A stretch of 64,000 bases of DNA from NCBI RefSeq assembly GCF_009914755.1, contig NC_060939.1. One strand, 5' to 3'. The notes under the pieces were generated by a model that ran no database searches, was not told the origin of the DNA, and worked only from the letters and a program-made list of their open reading frames with translations. Of this stretch, positions 1 to 12,841 are shown in pieces (positions within the stretch are counted from its first letter, which is position 1; each line of letters begins with the position of its first letter). Origin of the DNA: the human T2T-CHM13v2.0 reference genome, Homo sapiens. The position numbers and the translations under genes were made by a program.

Positions 1-288
1 CACTGCATTCCGTTCGATTCCATTCCATTGCATTGCATTCCATTCCATTGGATTGCATTCCATTCCATTCCATTCCATTCGAATCAATTACATAGCAATC
101 CATTACATTCGAGTCTATTCTCTTCCGTTCCATTCGATTTCGTTCCAATCCATTCGATTCCATTCCATTCGATTCCATTCCATACTATTGCATTCCATTC
201 GATTAGATTATATTCGAATAAGTTCCATTCAAGACCATTTCTTTTGAGTCCATTCTATTTGAGTCCATTCCCTTTGATTCCATAACAT

Positions 289-2082
289 TTGAGTCCATTC
301 AATTCCATTCCTTTCGTTTCCATTCCATTTGATGCCATTCCATTCAATTCTGTTCTACTCGACTCCAATACATTCAATTCCATTCCATCCGATTCCATTA
401 CATTCTTTTCATTTCTTATCCATTTCAAGCCATTCCACTCCATTCCATTCCACTCGTTTCCTTTCCATTCGAGTCCATTCCTCTCCAGTCCATTCCGTTC
501 AATCCATTCCATTCCAGTCCATTCCATTCGAGTCCGTTCCATTCCAGTCCATTCCATTCGAGTCAATTCCATTCCATTCGATGTCTTTCCATAACGATCC
601 ATTCCATTCTATTCCTTTCGATTCCATTCCATTCTATTTCATTCCATTCGATTCCCTTCCATTGGACTCCTTTCCATTCGATTGCATTCCATTCCGTTCC
701 ATTTCTTTCCGTTCTGTACGATTCCTACCGTTCGATTTCATTTTGTTCCAGTCCATTCCTTTCGCGTCCATTCCATTCCATTTCACTCCATTCGATTCCA
801 TTCCACTCGATTCCACTTCGTTCCATTTCATTGCATTCCATTCTATTCAACTCTATTGCCTTCCATTCCATTCCATTCGATTACATTCCATGCGATTCCA
901 TTCGAAATCGAATCAATTACATTGCAATCCATTACTATTGAGTCCGTTTTATTCCAGTCCACTGCATTCTGGTCCATTCCATTTGATTCCATTCCATTCT
1001 ATTCCATTCCATACAGTTGCATTCCATTGGATTCCATGCTATATCTATAAATTCAATTCGAGACCATTGCTTTTGAGTCCATTCTATATGATTCCATTCC
1101 ATTCAAGTCCATTACATTTGGTTCAATTCCATTCCATTCCATTCCGTTCCATTCCATTCCATTTGATATCAATCCATTCGATTCCATTCCATTCGAGCAC
1201 ATTCCATTCGAGTCCATTCCATTCGATGCCATTCCATTTGATTCTATTCGATTAGTCTCCATTCAATTCCATTAATCTCCATTCCATTCCATTCTACTCC
1301 AACTGATTCCATTCCATTCTATTCCTTTCCATTCCATTTCATTCCATTCCATTCCATTTCATTCCATTCCATTCCATTCGTGTCCATTCCACTCCAGTCC
1401 ATTCCATTCGTGTCCATTCCATTCCAGTCCATTCCATTTGTGTCCACTGCATTCCATTCCACTCCATTCCATATTATTCCATTACACTCCATTCCATTCT
1501 ATTACTTTCATTTCCATTCAATTCCATTCCATTTGATTCCATTCTACTCGGTTTCATTCCATTTGAGTCCACTCCATTCCATTCCATTCCATTCCATTCA
1601 GTTCCATTCCATTCTGTTCCATTCCATTCCGTTCCATTACATTCCATTCCATTCGGTACCATTCCATATTGTTCCATTCGATTCCATTCGAATCCATTCC
1701 ATTCCAGTCCATTCCATTCGATTCCATTCCATTCATTTCAATTCCATTCGATTCCATTCCATTACATTCCACTTGATTCCTCTCCATTCCCTTCCACTGC
1801 ATTCCGTTCGATTCCATTCCATTGCATTGCATTCCATTCCAATGGATTGCATTCCATTCGATTCCATTCCATTCGAATCAATTACATAGCAATCCATTAC
1901 ATTCGAGTCTATTCTATTCCGTTCCATTCGATTTCGTTCCAATCCATTCGATTCCATTCCATTCGATTCCATTCCATACTATTGCATTCCATTCGATTAC
2001 ATTATATTCGAATAAGTTCCATTCAAGACCATTTCTTTTGAGTCCATTCTATTTGAGTCCATTCCCTTTGATTCCATAACAT
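289..2082 (+). repeat. Representative canonical 1794-bp repeat unit (arbitrary phase, anchored on the recurring TTGAGTCCATTCAATTCC)
   Basis: The anchor recurs at 289, 2083, 3877, 5671, 7465, 9259, 11063, 12842, 14636, 16429, 18238, 20032, 21841, 23635, 25428, 27237, 29031, 30840, 32614, 34423, 36197, 38006, 39780, 41574, 43368, 45162, 46956, 48750, 50544, 52338, 54112, 55906, 57680, 59474, 61248 and 63057. These define units U1-U36. Landmarks include EcoRV GATATC at 1165-1170 and KpnI GGTACC at 1655-1660. Confidence 0.97.
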
Positions 2083-5000
2083 TTGAGTCCATTCAATTCC
2101 ATTCCTTTCGTTTCCATTCCATTTGATGCCATTCCATTCAATTCTCTTCTACTCGACTCCAATACATTCAATTCCATTCCATCCGATTCCATTACATTCT
2201 TTTCATTTCTTATCCATTTCAAGCCATTCCACTCCATTCCATTCCACTCGTTTCCTTTCCATTCGAGTCCATTCCTCTCCAGTCCATTCCGTTCAATCCA
2301 TTCCATTGCAGTCCATTCCATTCGAGTCCGTTCCATTCCAGTCCATTCTATTCGAGTCAATTTCATTCCATTCGATGTCTTTCCATAACGATCCATTCCA
2401 TTCTATTCCTTTCGATTCCATTCCATTCTATTTCATTCCATTCGATTCCCTTCCATTGGACTCCTTTCCATTCGAGTGCATTCCATTCCTTTCCATTTCT
2501 TTCCGTTCTGTACGATTCCTACCGTTCGATTTCATTTTGTTCCAGTCCATTCCTTTCGCGTCCATTCCATTCCATTTCACTCCATTCGATTCCATTCCAC
2601 TCGATTCCACTTCGTTCCATTTCATTGCATTCCATTCTATTCAACTCTATTGCCTTCCATTCCATTCCATTCGATTACATTCCATGCGATTCCATTCGAA
2701 ATCGAATCAATTACATTGCAATCCATTACTATTGAGTCCGTTTTATTCCAGTCCACTGCATTCTGGTCCATTCCATTTGATTCCATTCCATTCTATTCCA
2801 TTCCATACAGTTGCATTCCATTGGATTCCATGCTATATCTATAAATTCAATTCGAGACCATTGCTTTTGAGTCCATTCTATATGATTCCATTCCATTCAA
2901 GTCCATTACATTTGGTTCAATTCCATTCCATTCCATTCCCTTCCATTCCATTCCATTTGATATCAATCCATTCGATTCCATTCCATTCGAGCACATTCCA
3001 TTCGAGTCCATTCCATTCGATGCCATTCCATTTGATTCTATTCCATTAGTCTCCATTCAATTCCATTAATCTCCATTCCATTCCATTCTACTCCAACTGA
3101 TTCCATTCCATTCTATTCCTTTCCATTCCATTTCATTCCATTCCATTCCATTGCATTCCATTCCATTCCATTCGTGTCCATTCCACTCCAGTCCATTCCA
3201 TTCGTGTCCATTCCATTCCAGTCCATTCCACTTGTGTCCACTGCATTCCATTCCACTCCATTCCATATTATTCCATTACACTCCATTCCATTCTATTACT
3301 TTCATTTCCATTCAATTCCATTCCATTTGATTCCATTCCACTCGGTTTCATTCCATTTGAGTCCACTCCATTCCATTCCATTCCATTCCATTCAGTTCCA
3401 TTCCATTCTGTTCCACTCCATTCCGTTCCATTACATTCCATTCCATTCGGTACCATTCCATATTGTTCCATTCGATTCCATTCGAATCCATTCCATTCCA
3501 GTCCATTCCATTCGATTCCATTCCATTCATTTCAATTCCATTCCATTCCATTCCATTACATTCCACTTGATTCCTCTCCATTCCCTTCCACTGCATTCCG
3601 TTCGATTCCATTCCATTGCATTGCATTCCATTCCATTGGATTGCATTCCTTTCGATTCCATTCCATTCGAATCAATTACATAGCAATCCATTACATTCGA
3701 GTCTATTCTCTTCCGTTCCATTCGATTTCGTTCCAATCCATTCGATTCCATTCCATTCGATTCCATTCCATACTATTGCATTCCATTCGATTACATTATA
3801 TTCGAATAAGTTCCATTCAAGACCATTTCTTTTGAGTCCATTCTATTTGAGTCCATTCCCTTTGATTCCATAACATTTGAGTCCATTCAATTCCATTCCT
3901 TTCGTTTCCATTCCATTTGATGCCATTCCATTCAATTCTGTTCTACTCGACTCCAATACATTCAATTCCATTCCATCCGATTCCATTACATTCTTTTCAT
4001 TTCTTATCCATTTCAAGCCATTCCACTCCATTCCATTCCACTCGTTTCCTTTCCATTCGAGTCCATTCCTCTCCAGTCCATTCCGTTCAATCCATTCCAT
4101 TCCAGTCCATTCCATTCGAGTCCGTTCCATTCCAGTCCATTCCATTCGAGTCAATTCCATCCCATTCGATGTCTTTCCATAACGATCCATTCCATTCTAT
4201 TCCTTTCGATTCCATTCCATTCTATTTCATTCCATTCGATTCCCTTCCATTGGACTCCTTTCCATTCGAGTGCATTCCATTCCGTTCCATTTCTTTCCGT
4301 TCTGTACGATTCCTACCGTTCGATTTCATTTTGTTCCAGTCCATTCCTTTCGCGTCCATTCCATTCCATTTCACTCCATTCGATTCCATTCCACTCGATT
4401 CCACTTCGTTCCATTTCATTGCATTCCATTCTATTCAACTCTATTGCCTTCCATTCCATTCCATTCGATTACATTCCATGCGATTCCATTCGAAATCGAA
4501 TCAATTACATTGCAATCCATTACTATTGAGTCCGTTTTATTCCAGTCCACTGCATTCTGGTCCATTCCATTTGATTCCATTCCATTCTATTCCATTCCAT
4601 ACAGTTGCATTCCATTGGATTCCATGCTATATCTATAAATTCAATTCGAGACCATTGCTTTTGAGTCCATTCTATATGATTCCATTCCATTCAAGTCCAT
4701 TACATTTGGTTCAATTCCATTCCATTCCATTCCCTTCCATTCCATTCCATTTGATATCAATCCATTCGATTCCATTCCATTCGAGCACATTCCATTCGAG
4801 TCCATTCCATTCGATGCCATTCCATTTGATTCTATTCCATTAGTCTCCATTCAATTCCATTAATCTCCATTCCATTCCATTCTACTCCAACTGATTCCAT
4901 TCCATTCTATTCCTTTCCATTCCATTTCATTCCATTCCATTCCATTTCATTCCATTCCATTCCATTCGTGTCCATTCCACTCCAGTCCATTCCATTCGTG

Positions 5001-7464
5001 TCCATTCCATTCCAGTCCATTCCATTTGTGTCCACTGCATTCCATTCCACTCCATTCCATATTATTCCATTACACTCCATTCCATTCTATTACTTTCATT
5101 TCCATTCAATTCCATTCCATTTGATTCCATTCCACTCGGTTTCATTCCATTTGAGTCCACTCCATTCCATTCCATTCCATTCCATTCAGTTCCATTCCAT
5201 TCTGTTCCATTCCATTCCGTTCCATTACATTCCATTCCATTCGGTACCATTCCATATTGTTCCATTCGATTCCATTCGAATCCATTCCATTCCAGTCCAT
5301 TCCAATCGATTCCATTCCATTCATTTCAATTCCATTCCATTCCATTCCATTACATTCCACTTGATTCCTCTCCATTCCCTTCCACTGCATTCCGTTCGAT
5401 TCCATTCCATTGCATTGCATTCCATTCCATTGGATTGCATTCCATTCGATTCCATTCCATTCGAATCAATTACATAGCAATCCATTACTTTCGAGTCTAT
5501 TCTATTCCGTTCCATTCGATTTCGTTCCAATCCATTCGACTCCATTCCATTCGATTCCATTCCATACTATTGCATTCCATTCGATTACATTATATTCGAA
5601 TAAGTTCCATTCAAGACCATTTCTTTTGAGTCCATTCTATTTGAGTCCATTCCCTTTGATTCCATAACATTTGAGTCCATTCAATTCCATTCCTTTCGTT
5701 TCCATTCCATTTGATGCCATTCCATTCAATTCTGTTCTACTCGACTCCAATACATTCAATTCCATTCCATCCGATTCCATTACATTCTTTTCATTTCTTA
5801 TCCATTTCAAGCCATTCCACTCCATTCCATTCCACTCGTTTCCTTTCCATTCGCGTCCATTCCTCTCCAGTCCATTCCGTTCAATCCATTCCATTCCAGT
5901 CCATTCCATTCGAGTCCGTTCCATTCCAGTCCATTCCATTCGAGTCAATTCCATCCCATTCGATGTCTTTCCATAACGATCCATTCCATTCTATTCCTTT
6001 CGATTCCATTCCATTCTATTTCATTCCATTCGATTCCCTTCCATTGGACTCCTTTCCATTCGAGTGCATTCCATTCCGTTCCATTTCTTTCCGTTCTGTA
6101 CGATTCCTACCGTTCGATTTCATTTTGTTCCAGTCCATTCCTTTCGCGTCCATTCCATTCCATTTCACTCCATTCGATTCCATTCCACTCGATTCCACTT
6201 CGTTCCATTTCATTGCATTCCATTCTATTCAACTCTATTGCCTTCCATTCCATTCCATTCGATTACATTCCATGCGATTCCATTCGAAATCGAATCAATT
6301 ACATTGCAATCCATTACTATTGAGTCCGTTTTATTCCAGTCCACTGCATTCTGGTCCATTCCATTTGATTCCATTCCATTCTATTCCATTCCATACAGTT
6401 GCATTCCATTGGATTCCATGCTATATCTATAAATTCAATTCGAGACCATTGCTTTTGAGTCCATTCTATATGATTCCATTCCATTCAAGTCCATTACATT
6501 TGGTTCAATTCCATTCCATTCCATTCCCTTCCATTCCATTCCATTTGATATCAATCCATTCGATTCCATTCCATTCGAGCACATTCCATTCGAGTCCATT
6601 CCATTCGATGCCATTCCATTTGATTCTATTCCATTAGTCTCCATTCAATTCCATTAATCTCCATTCCATTCCATTCTACTCCAACTGATTCCATTCCATC
6701 TTATTCCTTTCCATTCCATTTCATTCCATTCCATTCCATTTAATTCCATTCCATTCCATTCGTGTCCATTCCACTCCAGTCCATTCCATTCGTGTCCATT
6801 CCATTCCAGTCCATTCCATTTGTGTCCACTGCATTCCATTCCACTCCATTCCATATTATTCCATTACACTCCATTCCATTCTATTACTTTCATTTCCATT
6901 CAATTCCATTCCATTTGATTCCATTCTACTCGGTTTCATTCCATTTGAGTCCACTCCATTCCATTCCATTCCATTCCATTCAGTTCCATTCCATTCTGTT
7001 CCATTCCATTCCTTTCCATTACATTCCATTCCATTCGGTACCATTCCATATTGTTCCATTCGATTCCATTCGAATCCATTCCATTCCAGTCCATTCCATT
7101 CGATTCCATTCCATTCATTTCAATTCCATTCCATTCCATTCCATTACATTCCACTTGATTCCTCTCCATTCCCTTCCACTGCATTCCGTTCGATTCCATT
7201 CCATTGCATTGCATTCCATTCCATTGGATTGCATTCCATTTGATTCCATTCCATTCGAATCAATTACATAGCAATCCATTACATTCGAGTCTATTCTATT
7301 CCGTTCCATTCGATTTCGTTCCAATCCATTCGATTCCATTCCATTCGATTCCATTCCATACTATTGCATTCCATTCGATTACATTATATTCGAATAAGTT
7401 CCATTCAAGACCATTTCTTTTGAGTCCATTCTATTTGAGTCCATTCCCTTTGATTCCATAACAT
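289..7464 (+). repeat. 4-unit block A (U1-U4, 4 x 1794 bp), copy 1
   Basis: Diagnostic variants recur in the same order 39,491 bp downstream: GATTGC ~681, CTATTCGATTAG ~1245, CAATGG ~1840, ATTCTCTTCT 2141, TCCAATCGAT 5301, TTACTTTCG ~5485, TCGCGTCC 5851, TTAATTCC ~6740. Confidence 0.88.
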
Positions 7465-10400
7465 TTGAGTCCATTCAATTCCATTCCTTTCGTTTCCATT
7501 CCATTTGATGCCATTCCATTCAATTCTGTTCTACTCGACTCCAATACATTCAATTCCATTCCATCCGATTCCATTACATTCTTTTCATTTCTTATCCATT
7601 TCAAGCCATTCCACTCCATTCCATTCCACTCGTTTCCTTTCCATTCGAGTCCATTCCTCTCCAGTCCATTCCGTTCAATCCATTCCATTCCAGTCCATTC
7701 CATTCGAGTCCGTTCCATTCCAGTCCATTCCATTCGAGTCAATTCCATTCCATTCGATGTCTTTCCATAACGATCCATTCCATTCTATTCCTTTCGATTC
7801 CATTCCATTCTATTTCATTCCATTCGATTCCCTTCCATTGGACTCCTTTCCATTCGAGTGCATTCCATTCCTTTCCATTTCTTTCCGTTCTGTACGATTC
7901 CTACCGTTCGATTTCATTTTGTTCCAGTCCATTCCTTTCGCGTCCATTCCATTCCATTTCACTCCATTCGATTCCATTCCACTCGATTCCACTTCGTTCC
8001 ATTTCATTGCATTCCATTCTATTCAACTCTATTGCCTTCCATTCCATTCCATTCAATTACATTCCATGCGATTCCATTCGAAATCGAATCAATTACATTG
8101 CAATCCATTACTATTGAGTCCGTTTTATTCCAGTCCACTGCATTCTGGTCCATTCCATTTGATTCCATTCCATTCTATTCCATTCCATACAGTTGCATTC
8201 CATTGGATTCCATGCTATATCTATAAATTCAATTCGAGACCATTGCTTTTGAGTCCATTCTATATGATTCCATTCCATTCAAGTCCATTACATTTGGTTC
8301 AATTCCATTCCATTCCATTCCCTTCCATTCCATTCCATTTGATATCAATCCATTCGATTCCATTCCATTCGAGCACATTCCATTCGAGTCCATTCCATTC
8401 GATGCCATTCCATTTGATTCTATTCCATTAGTCTCCATTCAATTCCATTAATCTCCATTCCATTCCATTCTACTCCAACTGATTCCATTCCATTCTATTC
8501 CTTTCCATTCCATTTCATTCCATTCCATTCCATTTCATTCCATTCCATTCCATTCGTGTCCATTCCACTCCAGTCCATTCCATTCGTGTCCATTCCATTC
8601 CAGTCCATTCCATTTGTGTCCACTGCATTCCATTCCACTCCATTCCATATTATTCCATTACACTCCATTCCATTCTATTACTTTCATTTCCATTCAATTC
8701 CATTCCATTTGATTCCATTCCACTCGGTTTCATTCCAATTGAGTCCACTCCATTCCATTCCATTCCATTCCATTCAGTTCCATTCCATTCTGTTCCATTC
8801 CATTCCGTTCCATTACATTCCATTCCATTCGGTACAATTCCATATTGTTCCATTCGATTCCATTCGAATCCATTCCATTCCAGTCCATTCCATTCGATTC
8901 CATTCCATTCATTTCAATTCCATTCCATTCCATTCCATTACATTCCACTTGATTCCTCTCCATTCCCTTCCACTGCATTCCGTTCGATTCCATTCCATTG
9001 CATTGCATTCCATTCCATTGGATTGCATTCCATTCGATTCCATTCCATTCGAATCAATTACATAGCAATCCATTACATTCGAGTCTATTCTATTCCGTTC
9101 CATTCGATTTCGTTCCAATCCATTCGATTCCATTCCATTCGATTCCATTCCATACTATTGCATTCCATTCGATTACATTATATTCGAATAAGTTCCATTC
9201 AAGACCATTTCTTTTGAGTCCATTCTATTTGAGTCCATTCCCTTTGATTCCATAACATTTGAGTCCATTCAATTCCATTCCTTTCGTTTCCATTCCATTT
9301 GATGCCATTCCATTCAATTCTGTTCTACTCGACTCCAATACATTCAATTCCATTCCATCCGATTCCATTACATTCTTTTCATTTCTTATCCATTTCAAGC
9401 CATTCCACTCCATTCCATTCCACTCGTTTCCTTTCCATTCGAGTCCATTCCTCTCCAGTCCATTCCGTTCAATCCATTCCATTCCAGTCCATTCCATTCG
9501 AGTCCGTTCCATTCCAGTCCATTCCATTCGAGTCAATTCCATCCCATTCGATGTCTTTCCATAACGATCCATTCCATTCTATTCCTTTCGATTCCATTCC
9601 ATTCTATTTCATTCCATTCGATTCCCTTCCATTGGCCTCCTTTCCATTCGAGTGCATTCCATTCCGTTCCATTTCTTTCCGTTCTGTACGATTCCTACCG
9701 TTCGATTTCATTTTGTTCCAGTCCATTCCTTTCGCGTCCATTCCATTCCATTTCACTCCATTCGATTCCATTCCACTCGATTCCACTTCGTTCCATTTCA
9801 TTGCATTCGATTCTATTCAACTCTATTGCCTTCCATTCCATTCCATTCGATTACATTCCATGCGATTCCATTCGAAATCGAATCAATTACATTGCAATCC
9901 ATTACTATTGATTCCATTTTATTCCAGTCCACTGCATTCTGGTCCATTCCATTAGATTCCATTCCATTCTATTCCATTCCATACAGTTGCATTCCATTGG
10001 ATTCCATTCTATATCTATAAATTCAATTCGAGACCATTGCTTTTGAGTCCATTCTATATGATTCCATTCCATTCATTTCCATTACATTTGGTTCAATTCC
10101 ATTCCATTCCATTCCCTTCCATTCCATTCCAGTTGATATCAATCCATTCGATTCCATTCCATTCGAGCACATTCCATTCGAGTCCATTCCATTCGATGCC
10201 ATTCCATTTGATTCTATTCCATTAGTCTCCATTCAATTCCATTAATCTCCATTCCATTCCATTCTACTCCAACTGATTCCATTCCATTCTATTCCTTTCC
10301 ATTCCATTTCATTCCATTCCATTCCATTTCATTCCATTCCATTCCATTCCATTCCATTCCATTCCATTCCATTCGCTTCCATTCCATTCGTGTCCATTCC

Positions 10401-12841
10401 ATTCCAGTCCATTCCATTTGTGTCCACTGCATTCCATTCCACTCCATTCCATATTATTCCATTACACTCCATTCCATTCTATTACTTTCATTTCCATTCA
10501 ATTCCATTCCATTTGATTCCATTCCACTCGGTTTCATTCCATTTGAGTCCACTCCATTCCATTCCATTCCATTCCATTCAGTTCCATTCCATTCTGTTCC
10601 ATTCCATTCCGTTCCATTACATTCCATTCCATTCGGTACCATTCCATATTGTTCCATTCGATTCCATTCGAATCCATTCCATTCCAGTCCATTCCATTCG
10701 ATTCCATTCCATTCATTTCAATTCCATTCCATTCCATTCCATTACATTCCACTTGATTCCTCTCCATTCCCTTCCACTGCATTCCGTTCGATTCCATTCC
10801 ATTGCATTGCATTCCATTCCATTGGATTGCATTCCATTCGATTCCATTCCATTCGAATCAATTACATAGCAATCCATTACATTCGAGTCTATTCTCTTCC
10901 GATCCATTCGATTTCGTTCCAATCCATTCGATTCCATTCCATTCGATTCCATTCCATACTATTGCATTCCATTCGATTACATTATATTCGAATAAGTTCC
11001 ATTCAAGACCATTTCTTTTGAGTCCATTCTATTTGAGTCCATTCCCTTTGATTCCATAACATTTGAGTCCATTCAATTCCATTCCTTTCGTTTCCATTCC
11101 ATTTGATGCCATTCCATTCAATTCTGTTCTACTCGACTCCAATACATTCAATTCCATTCCATCCGATTCCATTACATTCTTTTCATTTCTTATCCATTTC
11201 AAGCCATTCCACTCCATTCCATTCCACTCGTTTCCTTTCCATTCGAGTCCATTCCTCTCCAGTCCATTCCGTTCAATCCATTCCATTCCAGTCCATTCCA
11301 TTCGAGTCAATTCCATTCCATTCGATGTCTTTCCATAACGATCCATTCCATTCTATTCCTTTCGATTCCATTCCATTCTATTTCATTCCATTCGATTCCC
11401 TTCCATTGGACTCCTTTCCATTCGAGTGCATTCCATTCCGTTCCATTTCTTTCCGTTCTGTACGATTCCTACCGTTCGATTTCATTTTGTTCCAGTCCAT
11501 TCCTTTCGCGTCCATTCCATTCCATTTCACTACATTCGATTCCATTCCATTCGATTCCATTCTACTCGATTCCACTTCGTTCCATTTCATTGCATTCCAT
11601 TCTATTCAACTCTATTGCCTTCCATTCCATTCCATTCGATTACATTCCATGCGATTCCATTCGAAATCGAATCAATTACATTGCAATCCATTACTATTGA
11701 GTCCGTTTTATTCCAGTCCACTGCTTTCTGGTCCATTCCATTTGATTCCATTCCATTCTATTCCATTCCATACAGTTGCATTCCATTGGATTCCATGCTA
11801 TATCTATAAATTCAATTCGAGACCATTGCTTTTGAGTCCATTCTATATGATTCCATTCCATTCAAGTCCATTACATTTGGTTCAATTCCATTCCATTCCA
11901 TTCCCTTCCATTACATTCCATTTGATATCAATCCATTCGATTCCATTCCATTCGAGCACATTCCATTCGAGTCCATTCCATTCGATGCCATTCCATTTGA
12001 TTCTATTCCATTAGTCTCCATTCAATTCCATTAATCTCCATTCCATTCCATTCTACTCCAACTGATTCCATTCCATTCTATTCCTTTCCATTCCATTTCA
12101 TTGCATTCCATTCCATTTCATTCCATTCCATTCCATTCGTGTCCATTCCACTCCAGTCCATTCCATTCGTGTCCATTCCATTCCAGTCCATTCCATTTGT
12201 GTCCACTGCATTCCATTCCACTCCATTCCATATTATTCCATTACACTCCATTCCATTCTATTACTTTCATTTCCATTCAATTCCATTCCATTTGATTCCA
12301 TTCCACTCGGTTTCATTCCATTTGAGTCCACTCCATTCCATTCCATTCCATTCCATTCAGTTCCATTCCATTCTGTTCCATTCCATTCCGTTCCATTACA
12401 TTCCATTCCATTCGGTACCATTCCATATTGTTCCATTCGATTCCATTCGAATCCATTCCATTCCAGTCCATTCCATTCGATTCCATTCCATTCATTTCAA
12501 TTCCATTCCATTCCATTCCATTACATTCCACTTGATTCCTCTCCATTCCCTTCCACTGCATTCCGTTCGATTCCATTCCATCGCATTGCATTCCATTCCA
12601 TTGGATTGCATTCCTTTCGATTCCATTCCATTCGAATCAATTACATAGCAATCCATTACATTCGAGTCTATTCTCTTCCGTTCCATTCGATTTCGTTCCA
12701 ATCCATTCGATTCCATTCCATTCGATTCCCTTCCATACTATTGCATTCCATTCGATTACATTATATTCGAATAAGTTCCATTCAAGACCATTTCTTTTGA
12801 GTCCATTCTATTTGAGTCCATTCCCTTTGATTCCATAACAT

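Noticed and set aside
255-602. Minus-strand ORFs rich in MEWNG
   Set aside because: Translation of (GGAAT)n, where ATG is part of the repeat itself. There is no evidence of coding function.
895-915. Possible heat-shock element around TTCGAAATCGAA
   Set aside because: The spacing does not give three alternating nGAAn units, so it is not a canonical HSE.
1041-1052. TATA-box-like TATAAA once per unit
   Set aside because: It is a diverged pentamer segment paralogous to TTCGAATAAG at ~213-222, with no other promoter context. It cannot be supported as a promoter from sequence alone.
329-1255. 308-313 aa + strand ORF (and 85-169 aa ORFs) repeated in every unit, rich in IPFHS
   Set aside because: This is the direct translation of (ATTCC)n, which has no stop codon in any frame. 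The ORFs overlap in several frames, mostly begin at TTG/GTG, show no recognisable domain, and are disrupted by stops or frameshifts in U6, U9, U14 and U28.
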